This document shows positions 21,550 through 34,167 of a DNA stretch of 64,000 bases, one piece after another. The notes below the pieces were generated by a model that was not told the DNA's origin, did not search any database, and saw nothing but the letters and a program-made list of their open reading frames with translations. The stretch lies in contig CDRNVI010000105.1 in NCBI GenBank assembly GCA_977017575.1, positions 1-64,000 of the forward strand, in the 5' to 3' direction. The translations under genes were made by a program, and so were the position numbers. Within the stretch, counting starts at the first letter, position 1, and every line of letters starts with the position of its first letter. This DNA comes from Paramoeba atlantica (Eukaryota; Protista; Discosea).

Positions 21550-22311
21550 TTGATGAATTTCGGGCTTCAAGTTTCCAGCCCTCCCTCATGCAAGGTATTT
21601 GTGGATGGGGTGCCAGATGTTGAAATCGAGGAAAGCGATATTTTCAAACAGAAGTTATGCGTCACGCCAAAACATCTCCAACGATCCTCCGTAATCCTGT
21701 TTTCTTCTCTTTCTCAACCCATAGGAATTTCCACGTCGAGCGGGGACCAATTCGTGTTAGACCCGGAGGGTGGAGCCGTTAACTTTACTTGTGCGAGCAT
21801 GTTGAGCATCACGTTTCACAATCTTTTAAAGAAGGAAGCAGAAAGTGTATGTAGAGATGTTCTTGGTCTTTTTCAAGACAATTTTGTTAATCCTTCATCT
21901 GGGGCCCTTTCATACGACTACGTGAGGAACCAGATTGATCAGAAATACCTTTTTAATGTTTTGAAGTTTCAGAGAATGGTTAAAAATGCAGGCAACCCAT
22001 TTTACCAATACCTTGGGAAAGACCTTTGCAGGTGGATAGTTTTGCATTCAAGTTCAAAAAAGCCCAATTTTGGATTTACACGAGGAAAAGAGTATAGTGA
22101 TCTCTTAAAATTTTCTGTTAGCCAGATCATGGGGGAAGAAGTTGCGATGAGCGACCTTTATCAGCTGGTAAGGGGTGAGAAAACCTTTGATTTGCTCCTT
22201 TCTTCAAATTTTACTGTGTTGAAAAGGTTTCTTGTGAAATTTAATGCTGAGTTTCTTTGGTTTCAAGATGAGGCTTCAAAAAAGACATTAATTTCCACAA
22301 ATCCCCTTTGA
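21550..22311 (+). CDS. Orphan 253-aa ORF, copy 6
   Basis: V38, R226 alleles. Confidence 0.65.
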   Translation: MMNFGLQVSSPPSCKVFVDGVPDVEIEESDIFKQKLCVTPKHLQRSSVILFSSLSQPIGISTSSGDQFVLDPEGGAVNFTCASMLSITFHNLLKKEAESVCRDVLGLFQDNFVNPSSGALSYDYVRNQIDQKYLFNVLKFQRMVKNAGNPFYQYLGKDLCRWIVLHSSSKKPNFGFTRGKEYSDLLKFSVSQIMGEEVAMSDLYQLVRGEKTFDLLLSSNFTVLKRFLVKFNAEFLWFQDEASKKTLISTNPL

Positions 22312-23897
22312 TTCTTAAAGTTTCCCTACTTTTGTAGACATTTCAAAAAGATGCGAAGGACCCTACTAGAGCACTTAATCATAAACAATTTTGTACATAA
22401 CAAACCCCCAGAGACACCATCATCAAAAATAATTCTCAAGAATTTCTCCTCATTGATGCAAAACGTCTCTTTTAACGCCTTTTATTTTTGTTTTCGCATA
22501 GCCGCCCCCCTCTACCACCAATAAACGCATAAACATTTATCAGCCCCAATGCTACCAAGACCCTTCACAGACAGATTTGGAAGTTCCAAGGCCGACGTCC
22601 TCTACCAGTTTTCGCTTTTCCAAGGCGGCACCAACGTTATGTTACCAACACGCTGCTTCGACGACTTGTATGACAACGCGGCCCACCCAAGAGGCTTAAA
22701 CCGGGTAAGGGGGCCGGCTCCCTGATGGGAGGAGGGGAAGAAGAATCCAATCCAAAAAGAAGAAGAAGAGAAGAGAACCGGTTCCCTGATGGGAGCGCCC
22801 CTGGCGGCCGTCAGAGTACTGGGCCTAGTCGATTCTCAGCCCAGCCTCTTAGATCGAGGCCGCCGGGAATTATGCGATGAGCGGGTTCGAAACTTTGATC
22901 CCTGAAGGAAGAAGGAAGAAGGTTGCTCGACTAAATGATGCTTTCCAATGTAGGGAAGTTACTTCGACAAGTGCTTGTGTAGGATCTAGTTGAATCTTTA
23001 GTGTCTCAACGAGGTTCTGCCAATCTTAAAGCAGAGATTTAAGCCGGGCCGAGGGGTCTGGCCTTTATTTGGGTAGCTTCTACAGAGGAAAGCGGTGTAA
23101 TTGTAGTTGGAGACGGTGGGCCTTACAACCTGCAGGTTGGGGGTTATATTCCCGATATCGACAAAACTCGCAACCTGCCGGCCTCACTACAAAGGGAAAG
23201 CGACCAGGAGTGCCTTCAAGTCCCACACCCAACCCCAAATCAATCATTCCGGATTGCTCCGGATGGCCACTGGCAAGCCAGACCCTTCACAGAAAGATTT
23301 GGAAGTTCCGAGGCCGACGTCCTCTATCAGTTTCCGCTTTTCCAAGGCGGCACCAACGTGCTGTTACCAACACGCTGCGTCGACGAACTGTACGTCAACA
23401 CGGCTTACCCAAGAGGTGTAAGCCGGGTAAGGGAGCTCGTTCCCTGAGGGGAGGGTCCGGGACGGTCCTCCGAGTACTGGGCCTAGTCGGTTATTAGCCC
23501 AGCCTCTTAGAGGGAGGCCGCCAGGAATATTTCGATGAGCGGGTTTGAACTCGCCGTCTGAGCACCACGTGCTTGAAACTTTGAATTCTTGCTGCTACTC
23601 CACCGCTCGGAAAAAGTCCGCTAGGAAGAAGGCCTCCCTCTGGAGGAACGACCCGGAACCGCAGAGCCGAACCAGGCTCCAGCGCAGCCGCCGAAAATTC
23701 ATGCTGCTTACGCAAACGAGGCATGAGACACAGCCTACACGATGCAACGGGGTTGGACGCCCGTCCTGGTAGCTACGGTTGGGTACCCGTGCTCGGGCCG
23801 CAAGGCTTCGAGTGCCGTCTTGGAAGGGGGAAGCAAGACAATGAAGGTCGGTGGCTTGAGACTCTACCCTAACGGTGCAGAGCCCTCGGTGTCTTTT

Positions 23898-23951
23898 CTT
23901 CTTCTTCTTCTTCTTCTTCTTCTTCTTCTTCTTCTTCTTCTTCTTCTTCTT

Positions 23952-23981
<30 letters not shown>
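23898..23981 (+). repeat. (CTT)28 microsatellite
   Basis: Pure tract. Confidence 0.97.
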
Positions 23982-23982
<1 letters not shown>

Positions 23983-24084
23983 TTCCCCAGAGTCCTGAAA
24001 GCTGGTTTGCAACTCTACTACCGCGTTTAACGAAAAGCCTAAATTGAAATATTATAGCCAAAAATAGCCGATTTTCGGGTAAAA

Positions 24085-24579
24085 ATGGGGTCATTTTTGT
24101 GTATTTGTTTTCATTCACGAAATCCGATATTTGCTCGTGGGAAATCACTCGTAGGCATGAATGAAAGCCTGCCGAACGTATTGGGTAAAGAATGCGACCC
24201 CAACCCCAAGAATGGCGACCTAATGTATGATGTGGACGCAAAGCTCAGGTTACTAAAATTCCATTCGTATAATATATATTTGTGCAAGGTAAAGGCGCAC
24301 ATTGGAAACAAATGGAATGAGGAGGCAGATGGTCTAGCACTTTTGGCATCACGAAAAGTGGCACGGGCTCCGACCCAAAAAAGGAGAAAAACAACTGCTA
24401 ACTCGGAGGATAGTGAGAATTCACAACCGTCATGGTCTTTGAAAGCCTTACTCAAAAGGAAGTCCCTTGGAAATAAGCAAGTACGAGACATTCCATCATC
24501 GAAGCGCGAAGCTGAGGCGGAAGGGGTATTTCGAGGGAAGGTTGCGAGAGCTGGAGGTAATAGGAAACCGTCTAAGTAG
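24085..24579 (+). CDS. RNase H-like C-terminal ORF, copy 7
   Basis: A->V and K->E tail alleles. Confidence 0.7.
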   Translation: MGSFLCICFHSRNPIFARGKSLVGMNESLPNVLGKECDPNPKNGDLMYDVDAKLRLLKFHSYNIYLCKVKAHIGNKWNEEADGLALLASRKVARAPTQKRRKTTANSEDSENSQPSWSLKALLKRKSLGNKQVRDIPSSKREAEAEGVFRGKVARAGGNRKPSK

Positions 24580-25512
24580 GGAGAGAATTGATGGAATTAT
24601 TTCTTTGCCAACTTAGAATGCCTTGAGGATTATTCATAGGTTATCGGAAAAATATTGTTTGTTTGTACCGTATCAGACACATATAAACTCTGAACGTGGA
24701 AGCGATAGATGAAAGCTTTCAAGGTGTAAACATTAAGTTTTTCAACCGACTTTACGTCGGTCTTTTGGATTGGATATTGGATTGGACCCCAACCACACCA
24801 TTCTTCCGACCCAAAAAGACTCCTTGAGGTCCGAAAAATACTTTTTCACCTATTTCAGTCGAAAATGGGTCATTTTGAGTGGCGCACCACGGCTCGAAGA
24901 AGAGATACCTTGAGAAACCAAAGGCCGAGAAAGCTAGTATAGGCCCCGAACTATCAAAATACAACAGGGGAAAGAATATTGAAAAAATATTTTCTTTGCC
25001 AGTTTTTTCGCCAAGTTGAATTTTTTTTCAAAAACATCCGAACTTGGCGGACCCGTCCTGCGGATACGAGGGGGGGCCACCCCCGGGTAGGGGGCGGAAA
25101 ATAAGCGCCAACCCCGGCTACCCCTTCTGCGGGTTTTTTTCGAAAAAAAAATTTCAAAAAAAAAAATCGTGCGGTATGCCCCCCTGTGTTCCTCTTTATA
25201 TTTTCACTGTTTTTGTTCACTCTTTTTTCAATAATCGAGGGTAGAGTGGTAGTTATACAACCACCGCAATATAATAATTAAGATATCGCCCAAAGCCCCA
25301 CCATGAGCGGACAAAGAACCTGCCACTCAAATGCTTGAATTAGCGCTACCCGGCTTCACATGCGATAACTGAGTTTCGTTTTGCTCGAGAACTCACGAGA
25401 TACACCTTGCCAGGGGACCCTCCAGTGTGAAGTGGGTTTCAAATCTTGAACTCATCTTTTTTGATATTTTCAAAAATATTTACTCAGTCCGCTACTTTTT
25501 TAAAATAACAAA

Positions 25513-26274
25513 TTGATGAATTTCGGGCTTCAAGTTTCCAGCCCTCCCTCATGCAAGGTATTTGTGGATGGGGTGCCAGATGTTGAAATCGAGGAAAGCG
25601 ATATTTTCAAACAGAAGTTATGCGTCACGCCAAAACATCTCCAACGATCCTCCGTAATCCTGTTTTCTTCTCTTTCTCAACCCATAGGAATTTCCACGTC
25701 GAGCGGGGACCAATTCGTGTTAGACCCGGAGGGTGGAGCCGTTAACTTTACTTGTGCGAGCATGTTGAGCATCACGTTTCACAATCTTTTAAAGAAGGAA
25801 GCAGAAAGTGTATGTAGAGATGTTCTTGGTCTTTTTCAAGACAATTTTGTTAATCCTTCATCTGGGGCCCTTTCATACGACTACGTGAGGAACCAGATTG
25901 ATCAGAAATACCTTTTTAATGTTTTGAAGTTTCAGAGAATGGTTAAAAATGCAGGCAACCCATTTTACCAATACCTTGGGAAAGACCTTTGCAGGTGGAT
26001 AGTTTTGCATTCAAGTTCAAAAAAGCCCAATTTTGGATTTACACGAGGAAAAGAGTATAGTGATCTCTTAAAATTTTATGTTAGCCAGATCATGGGGGAA
26101 GAAGTTGCGATGAGCGACCTTTATCAGCTGGTAAGGGGTGAGAAAACCTTTGATTTGCTCCTTTCTTCAAATTTTACTGTGTTGAAAAAGTTTCTTGTGA
26201 AATTTAATGCTGAGTTTCTTTGGTTTCAAGATGAGGCTTCAAAAAAGACATTAATTTCCACAAATCCCCTTTGA
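25513..26274 (+). CDS. Orphan 253-aa ORF, copy 7
   Basis: V38, K226, private S189Y. Confidence 0.65.
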   Translation: MMNFGLQVSSPPSCKVFVDGVPDVEIEESDIFKQKLCVTPKHLQRSSVILFSSLSQPIGISTSSGDQFVLDPEGGAVNFTCASMLSITFHNLLKKEAESVCRDVLGLFQDNFVNPSSGALSYDYVRNQIDQKYLFNVLKFQRMVKNAGNPFYQYLGKDLCRWIVLHSSSKKPNFGFTRGKEYSDLLKFYVSQIMGEEVAMSDLYQLVRGEKTFDLLLSSNFTVLKKFLVKFNAEFLWFQDEASKKTLISTNPL

Positions 26275-27860
26275 TTCTTAAAGTTTCCCTACTTTTGTAG
26301 ACATTTCAAAAAGATGCGAAGGACCCTACTAGAGCACTTAATCATAAACAATTTTGTACATAACAAACCCCCAGAGCCACCATCATCAAAAATAATTCTC
26401 AAGAATTTCTCCTCATTGATGCAAAACGTCTCTTTTAACGCCTTTTATTTTTGTTTTCGCATAGCCGCCCCCCTCTACCACCAATAAACGCATAAACATT
26501 TATCAGCCCCAATGCTACCAAGACCCTTCACAGACAGATTTGGAAGTTCCAAGGCCGACGTCCTCTACCAGTTTTCGCTTTTCCAAGGCGGCACCAACGT
26601 TATGTTACCAACACGCTGCTTCGACGACTTGTATGACAACGCGGCCCACCCAAGAGGCTTAAACCGGGTAAGGGGGCCGGCTCCCTGATGGGAGGAGGGG
26701 AAGAAGAATCCAATCCAAAAAGAAGAAGAAGAGAAGAGAACCGGTTCCCTGATGGGAGCGCCCCTGGCGGCCGTCAGAGTACTGGGCCTAGTCGATTCTC
26801 AGCCCAGCCTCTTAGATCGAGGCCGCCGGGAATTATGCGATGAGCGGGTTCGAAACTTTGATCCCTGAAGGAAGAAGGAAGAAGGTTGCTCGACTAAATG
26901 ATGCTTTCCAATGTAGGGAAGTTACTTCGACAAGTGCTTGTGTAGGCTCTAGTTGAATCTTTAGTGTCTCAACGAGGTTCTGCCAATCTTAAAGCAGAGA
27001 TTTAAGCCGGGCCGAGGGGTCTGGCCTTTATTTGGGTAGCTTCTACAGAGGAAAGCGGTGTAATTGTAGTTGGAGACGGTGGGCCTTACAACCTGCAGGT
27101 TGGGGGTTATATTCCCGATATCGACAAAACTCGCAACCTGCCGGCCTCACTACAAAGGGAAAGCGACCAGGAGTGCCTTCAAGTCCCACACCCAACCCCA
27201 AATCAATCATTCCGGATTGCTCCGGATGGCCACTGGCAAGCCAGACCCTTCACAGAAAGATTTGGAAGTTCCGAGGCCGACGTCCTCTATCAGTTTCCGC
27301 TTTTCCAAGGCGGCACCAACGTGCTGTTACCAACACGCTGCGTCGACGAACTGTACGTCAACACGGCTTACCCAAGAGGTGTAAGCCGGGTAAGGGAGCT
27401 CGTTCCCTGAGGGGAGGGTCCGGGACGGTCCTCCGAGTACTGGGCCTAGTCGGTTATTAGCCCAGCCTCTTAGAGGGAGGCCGCCAGGAATATTTCGATG
27501 AGCGGGTTTGAACTCGCCGTCTGAGCACCACGTGCTTGAAACTTTGAATTCTTGCTGCTACTCCACCGCTCGGAAAAAGTCCGCTAGGAAGAAGGCCTCC
27601 CTCTGGAGGAACGACCCGGAACCGCAGAGCCGAACCAGGCTCCAGCGCAGCCGCCGAAAATTCATGCTGCTTACGCAAACGAGGCATGAGACACAGCCTA
27701 CACGATGCAACGGGGTTGGGCGCCCGTCCTGGTAGCTACGGTTGGGTACCCGTGCTCGGGCCGCAAGGCTTCGAGTGCCGTCTTGGAAGGGGGCAGCAAG
27801 ACAATGAAGGTCGGTGGCTTGAGACTCTACCCTAACGGTGCAGAGCCCTCGGTGTCTTTT

Positions 27861-27899
27861 CTTCTTCTTCTTCTTCTTCTTCTTCTTCTTCTTCTTCTT

Positions 27900-27929
<30 letters not shown>
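27861..27929 (+). repeat. (CTT)23 microsatellite
   Basis: Pure tract. Confidence 0.97.
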
Positions 27930-27930
<1 letters not shown>

Positions 27931-28032
27931 TTCCCCAGAGTCCTGAAAGCTGGTTTGCAACTCTACTACCGCGTTTAACGAAAAGCCTAAATTGAAATAT
28001 TATAGCCAAAAATAGCCGATTTTCGGGTAAAA

Positions 28033-28527
28033 ATGGGGTCATTTTTGTGTATTTGTTTTCATTCACGAAATCCGATATTTGCTCGTGGGAAATCACTCGT
28101 AGGCATGAATGAAAGCCTGCCGAACGTATTGGGTAAAGAATGCGACACCAACCCCAAGAATGGCGACCTAATGTATGATGTGGACGCAAAGCTCAGGTTA
28201 CTAAAATTCCATTCGTATAATATATATTTGTGCAAGGTAAAGGCGCACATTGGAAACAAATGGAATGAGGAGGCAGATGGTCTAGCACTTTTGGCATCAC
28301 GAAAAGTGGCACGGGCTCCGACCCAAAAAAGGAGAAAAACAACTGCTAACTCGGAGGATAGTGAGAATTCACAACCGTCATGGTCTTTGAAAGCCTTACT
28401 CAAAATGAAGTCCCTTGGAAATAAGCAAGTACGAGACATTCCATCATCGAAGCGCGAAGCTGAGGCGGAAGGGGTATTTCGAGGGAAGGTTGCGAGAGCT
28501 GGAGGTAATAGGAAACCGTCTAAGTAG
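28033..28527 (+). CDS. RNase H-like C-terminal ORF, copy 8
   Basis: P->T, R->M, A->V, K->E alleles. Confidence 0.7.
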   Translation: MGSFLCICFHSRNPIFARGKSLVGMNESLPNVLGKECDTNPKNGDLMYDVDAKLRLLKFHSYNIYLCKVKAHIGNKWNEEADGLALLASRKVARAPTQKRRKTTANSEDSENSQPSWSLKALLKMKSLGNKQVRDIPSSKREAEAEGVFRGKVARAGGNRKPSK

Positions 28528-29460
28528 GGAGAGAATTGATGGAATTATTTCTTTGCCAACTTAGAATGCCTTGAGGATTATTCATAGGTTATCGGAAAAA
28601 TATTGTTTGTTTGTACCGTATCAGACACATATAAACTCTGAACGTGGAAGCGATAGATGAAAGCTTTCAAGGTGTAAACATTAAGTTTTTCAACCGACTT
28701 TACGTCGGTCTTTTGGATTGGATATTGGATTGGACCCCAACCACACCATTCTTCCGACCCAAAAAGACCCCTTGAGGTCCGAAAAATACTTTTTCACCTA
28801 TTTCAGTCGAAAATGGGTCATTTTGAGTGGCGCACCACGGCTCGAAGAAGAGATACCTTGAGAAACCAAAGGCCGAGAAAGCTAGTATAGGCCCCGAACT
28901 ATCAAAATACAACAGGGGAAAGAATATTGAAAAAATATTTTCTTTGCCAGTTTTTTCGCCAAGTTGAATTTTTTTTCAAAAACATCCGAACTTGGCGGAC
29001 CCGTCCTGCGGATACGAGGGGGGGCCACCCCCGGGTAGGGGGCGGAAAATAAGCGCCAACCCCGGCTACCCCTTCTGCGGGTTTTTTTCGAAAAAAAAAT
29101 TTCAAAAAAAAAAATCGTGCGGTATGCCCCCCTGTGTTCCTCTTTATATTTTCACTGTTTTTGTTCACTCTTTTTTCAATAATCGAGGGTAGAGTGGTAG
29201 TTATACAACCACCGCAATATAATAATTAAGATATCGCCCAAAGCCCCACCATGAGCGGACAAAGAACCTGCCACTCAAATGCTTGAATTAGCGCTACCCG
29301 GCTTCACATGCGATAACTGAGTTTCGTTTTGCTCGAGAACTCACGAGATACACCTTGCCAGGGGACCCTCCAGTGTGAAGTGGGTTTCAAATCTTAAACT
29401 CATCTTTTTTGATATTTTCAAAAATATTTACTCAGTCCGCTACTTTTTTAAAATAACAAA

Positions 29461-30222
29461 TTGATGAATTTCGGGCTTCAAGTTTCCAGCCCTCCCTCAT
29501 GCAAGGTATTTGTGGATGGGGTGCCAGATGTTGAAATCGAGGAAAGCGATATTTTCAAACAGAAGTTATGCGTCACGCCAAAACATCTCCAACGATCCTC
29601 CGTAATCCTGTTTTCTTCTCTTTCTCAACCCATAGGAATTTCCACGTCGAGCGGGGACCAATTCGAGTTAGACCCGGAGGGTGGAGCCGTTAACTTTACT
29701 TGTGCGAGCATGTTGAGCATCACGTTTCACAATCTTTTAAAGAAGGAAGCAGAAAGTGTATGTAGAGATGTTCTTGGTCTTTTTCAAGACAATTTTGTTA
29801 ATCCTTCATCTGGGGCCCTTTCATACGACTACGTGAGGAACCAGATTGATCAGAAATACCTTTTTAATGTTTTGAAGTTTCAGAGAATGGTTAAAAATGC
29901 AGGCAACCCATTTTACCAATACCTTGGGAAAGACCTTTGCAGGTGGATAGTTTTGCATTCAAGTTCAAAAAAGCCCAATTTTGGATTTACACGAGGAAAA
30001 GAGTATAGTGATCTCTTAAAATTTTCTGTTAGCCAGATCATGGGGGAAGAAGTTGCGATGAGCGACCTTTATCAGCTGGTAAGGGGTGAGAAAACCTTTG
30101 ATTTGCTCCTTTCTTCAAATTTTACTGTGTTGAAAAAGTTTCTTGTGAAATTTAATGCTGAGTTTCTTTGGTTTCAAGATGAGGCTTCAAAAAAGACATT
30201 AATTTCCACAAATCCCCTTTGA
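29461..30222 (+). CDS. Orphan 253-aa ORF, copy 8
   Basis: V38, K226, private V69E. Confidence 0.65.
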   Translation: MMNFGLQVSSPPSCKVFVDGVPDVEIEESDIFKQKLCVTPKHLQRSSVILFSSLSQPIGISTSSGDQFELDPEGGAVNFTCASMLSITFHNLLKKEAESVCRDVLGLFQDNFVNPSSGALSYDYVRNQIDQKYLFNVLKFQRMVKNAGNPFYQYLGKDLCRWIVLHSSSKKPNFGFTRGKEYSDLLKFSVSQIMGEEVAMSDLYQLVRGEKTFDLLLSSNFTVLKKFLVKFNAEFLWFQDEASKKTLISTNPL

Positions 30223-31808
30223 TTCTTAAAGTTTCCCTACTTTTGTAGACATTTCAAAAAGATGCGAAGGACCCTACTAGAGCACTTAATCATAAACAAT
30301 TTTGTACATAACAAACCCCCAGAGCCACCATCATCAAAAATAATTCTCAAGAATTTCTCCTCATTGATGCAAAACGTCTCTTTTAACGCCTTTTATTTTT
30401 GTTTTCGCATAGCCGCCCCCCTCTACCACCAATAAACGCATAAACATTTATCAGCCCCAATGCTACCAAGACCCTTCACAGACAGATTTGGAAGTTCCAA
30501 GGCCGACGTCCTCTACCAGTTTTCGCTTTTCCAAGGCGGCACCAACGTTATGTTACCAACACGCTGCTTCGACGACTTGTATGACAACGCGGCCCACCCA
30601 AGAGGCTTAAACCGGGTAAGGGGGCCGGCTCCCTGATGGGAGGAGGGGAAGAAGAATCCAATCCAAAAAGAAGAAGAAGAGAAGAGAACCGGTTCCCTGA
30701 TGGGAGCGCCCCTGGCGGCCGTCAGAGTACTGGGCCTAGTCGATTCTCAGCCCAGCCTCTTAGATCGAGGCCGCCGGGAATTATGCGATGAGCGGGTTCG
30801 AAACTTTGATCCCTGAAGGAAGAAGGAAGAAGGTTGCTCGACTAAATGATGCTTTCCAATGTAGGGAAGTTACTTCGACAAGTGCTTGTGTAGGCTCTAG
30901 TTGAATCTTTAGTGTCTCAACGAGGTTCTGCCAATCTTAAAGCAGAGATTTAAGCCGGGCCGAGGGGTCTGGCCTTTATTTGGGTAGCTTCTACAGAGGA
31001 AAGCGGTGTAATTGTAGTTGGAGACGGTGGGCCTTACAACCTGCAGGTTGGGGGTTATATTCCCGATATCGACAAAACTCGCAACCTGCCGGCCTCACTA
31101 CAAAGGGAAAGCGACCAGGAGTGCCTTCAAGTCCCACACCCAACCCCAAATCAATCATTCCGGATTGCTCCGGATGGCCACTGGCAAGCCAGACCCTTCA
31201 CAGAAAGATTTGGAAGTTCCGAGGCCGACGTCCTCTATCAGTTTCCGCTTTTCCAAGGCGGCACCAACGTGCTGTTACCAACACGCTGCGTCGACGAACT
31301 GTACGTCAACACGGCTTACCCAAGAGGTGTAAGCCGGGTAAGGGAGCTCGTTCCCTGAGGGGAGGGTCCGGGACGGTCCTCCGAGTACTGGGCCTAGTCG
31401 GTTATTAGCCCAGCCTCTTAGAGGGAGGCCGCCAGGAATATTTCGATGAGCGGGTTTGAACTCGCCGTCTGAGCACCACGTGCTTGAAACTTTGAATTCT
31501 TGCTGCTACTCCACCGCTCGGAAAAAGTCCGCTAGGAAGAAGGCCTCCCTCTGGAGGAACGACCCGGAACCGCAGAGCCGAACCAGGCTCCAGCGCAGCC
31601 GCCGAAAATTCATGCTGCTTACGCAAACGAGGCATGAGACACAGCCTACACGATGCAACGGGGTTGGGCGCCCGTCCTGGTAGCTACGGTTGGGTACCCG
31701 TGCTCGGGCCGCAAGGCTTCGAGTGCCGTCTTGGAAGGGGGCAGCAAGACAATGAAGGTCGGTGGCTTGAGACTCTACCCTAACGGTGCAGAGCCCTCGG
31801 TGTCTTTT

Positions 31809-31844
31809 CTTCTTCTTCTTCTTCTTCTTCTTCTTCTTCTTCTT

Positions 31845-31874
<30 letters not shown>
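31809..31874 (+). repeat. (CTT)22 microsatellite
   Basis: Pure tract. Confidence 0.97.
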
Positions 31875-31875
<1 letters not shown>

Positions 31876-31977
31876 TTCCCCAGAGTCCTGAAAGCTGGTT
31901 TGCAACTCTACTACCGCGTTTAACGAAAAGCCTAAATTGAAATATTATAGCCAAAAATAGCCGATTTTCGGGTAAAA

Positions 31978-32472
31978 ATGGGGTCATTTTTGTGTATTTG
32001 TTTTCATTCACGAAATCCGATATTTGCTCGTGGGAAATCACTCGTAGGCATGAATGAAAGCCTGCCGAACGTATTGGGTAAAGAATGCGACACCAACCCC
32101 AAGAATGGCGACCTAATGTATGATGTGGACGCAAAGCTCAGGTTACTAAAATTCCATTCGTATAATATATATTTGTGCAAGGTAAAGGCGCACATTGGAA
32201 ACAAATGGAATGAGGAGGCAGATGGTCTAGCACTTTTGGCATCACGAAAAGTGGCACGGGCTCCGACCCAAAAAAGGAGAAAAACAACTGCTAACTCGGA
32301 GGATAGTGAGAATTCACAACCGTCATGGTCTTTGAAAGCCTTACTCAAAAGGAAGTCCCTTGGAAATAAGCAAGTACGAGACATTCCATCATCGAAGCGC
32401 GAAGCTGAGGCGGAAGGGGTATTTCGAGGGAAGGTTGCGAGAGCTGGAGGTAATAGGAAACCGTCTAAGTAG
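31978..32472 (+). CDS. RNase H-like C-terminal ORF, copy 9
   Basis: P->T, A->V, K->E alleles. Confidence 0.7.
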   Translation: MGSFLCICFHSRNPIFARGKSLVGMNESLPNVLGKECDTNPKNGDLMYDVDAKLRLLKFHSYNIYLCKVKAHIGNKWNEEADGLALLASRKVARAPTQKRRKTTANSEDSENSQPSWSLKALLKRKSLGNKQVRDIPSSKREAEAEGVFRGKVARAGGNRKPSK

Positions 32473-33405
32473 GGAGAGAATTGATGGAATTATTTCTTTG
32501 CCAACTTAGAATGCCTTGAGGATTATTCATAGGTTATCGGAAAAATATTGTTTGTTTGTACCGTATCAGACACATATAAACTCTGAACGTGGAAGCGATA
32601 GATGAAAGCTTTCAAGGTGTAAACATTAAGTTTTTCAACCGACTTTACGTCGGTCTTTTGGATTGGATATTGGATTGGACCCCAACCACACCATTCTTCC
32701 GACCCAAAAAGACCCCTTGAGGTCCGAAAAATACTTTTTCACCTATTTCAGTCGAAAATGGGTCATTTTGAGTGGCGCACCACGGCTCGAAGAAGAGATA
32801 CCTTGAGAAACCAAAGGCCGAGAAAGCTAGTATAGGCCCCGAACTATCAAAATACAACAGGGGAAAGAATATTGAAAAAATATTTTCTTTGCCAGTTTTT
32901 TCGCCAAGTTGAATTTTTTTTCAAAAACATCCGAACTTGGCGGACCCGTCCTGCGGATACGAGGGGGGGCCACCCCCGGGTAGGGGGCGGAAAATAAGCG
33001 CCAACCCCGGCTACCCCTTCTGCGGGTTTTTTTCGAAAAAAAAATTTCAAAAAAAAAAATCGTGCGGTATGCCCCCCTGTGTTCCTCTTTATATTTTCAC
33101 TGTTTTTGTTCACTCTTTTTTCAATAATCGAGGGTAGAGTGGTAGTTATACAACCACCGCAATATAATAATTAAGATATCGCCCAAAGCCCCACCATGAG
33201 CGGACAAAGAACCTGCCACTCAAATGCTTGAATTAGCGCTACCCGGCTTCACATGCGATAACTGAGTTTCGTTTTGCTCGAGAACTCACGAGATACACCT
33301 TGCCAGGGGACCCTCCAGTGTGAAGTGGGTTTCAAATCTTGAACTCATCTTTTTTGATATTTTCAAAAATATTTACTCAGTCCGCTACTTTTTTAAAATA
33401 ACAAA

Positions 33406-34167
33406 TTGATGAATTTCGGGCTTCAAGTTTCCAGCCCTCCCTCATGCAAGGTATTTGTGGATGGGGTGCCAGATGTTGAAATCGAGGAAAGCGATATTTT
33501 CAAACAGAAGTTATGCGTCACGCCAAAACATCTCCAACGATCCTCCGTAATCCTGTTTTCTTCTCTTTCTCAACCCATAGGAATTTCCACGTCGAGCGGG
33601 GACCAATTCGTGTTAGACCCGGAGGGTGGAGCCGTTAACTTTACTTGTGCGAGCATGTTGAGCATCACGTTTCACAATCTTTTAAAGAAGGAAGCAGAAA
33701 GTGTATGTAGAGATGTTCTTGGTCTTTTTCAAGACAATTTTGTTAATCCTTCATCTGGGGCCCTTTCATACGACTACGTGAGGAACCAGATTGATCAGAA
33801 ATACCTTTTTAATGTTTTGAAGTTTCAGAGAATGGTTAAAAATGCAGGCAACCCATTTTACCAATACCTTGGGAAAGACCTTTGCAGGTGGATAGTTTTG
33901 CATTCAAGTTCAAAAAAGCCCAATTTTGGATTTACACGAGGAAAAGAGTATAGTGATCTCTTAAAATTTTCTTTTAGCCAGATCATGGGGGAAGAAGTTG
34001 CGATGAGCGACCTTTATCAGCTGGTAAGGGGTGAGAAAACCTTTGATTTGCTCCTTTCTTCAAATTTTACTGTGTTGAAAAAGTTTCTTGTGAAATTTAA
34101 TGCTGAGTTTCTTTGGTTTCAAGATGAGGCTTCAAAAAAGACATTAATTTCCACAAATCCCCTTTGA
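33406..34167 (+). CDS. Orphan 253-aa ORF, copy 9
   Basis: V38, K226, private V190F. Confidence 0.65.
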   Translation: MMNFGLQVSSPPSCKVFVDGVPDVEIEESDIFKQKLCVTPKHLQRSSVILFSSLSQPIGISTSSGDQFVLDPEGGAVNFTCASMLSITFHNLLKKEAESVCRDVLGLFQDNFVNPSSGALSYDYVRNQIDQKYLFNVLKFQRMVKNAGNPFYQYLGKDLCRWIVLHSSSKKPNFGFTRGKEYSDLLKFSFSQIMGEEVAMSDLYQLVRGEKTFDLLLSSNFTVLKKFLVKFNAEFLWFQDEASKKTLISTNPL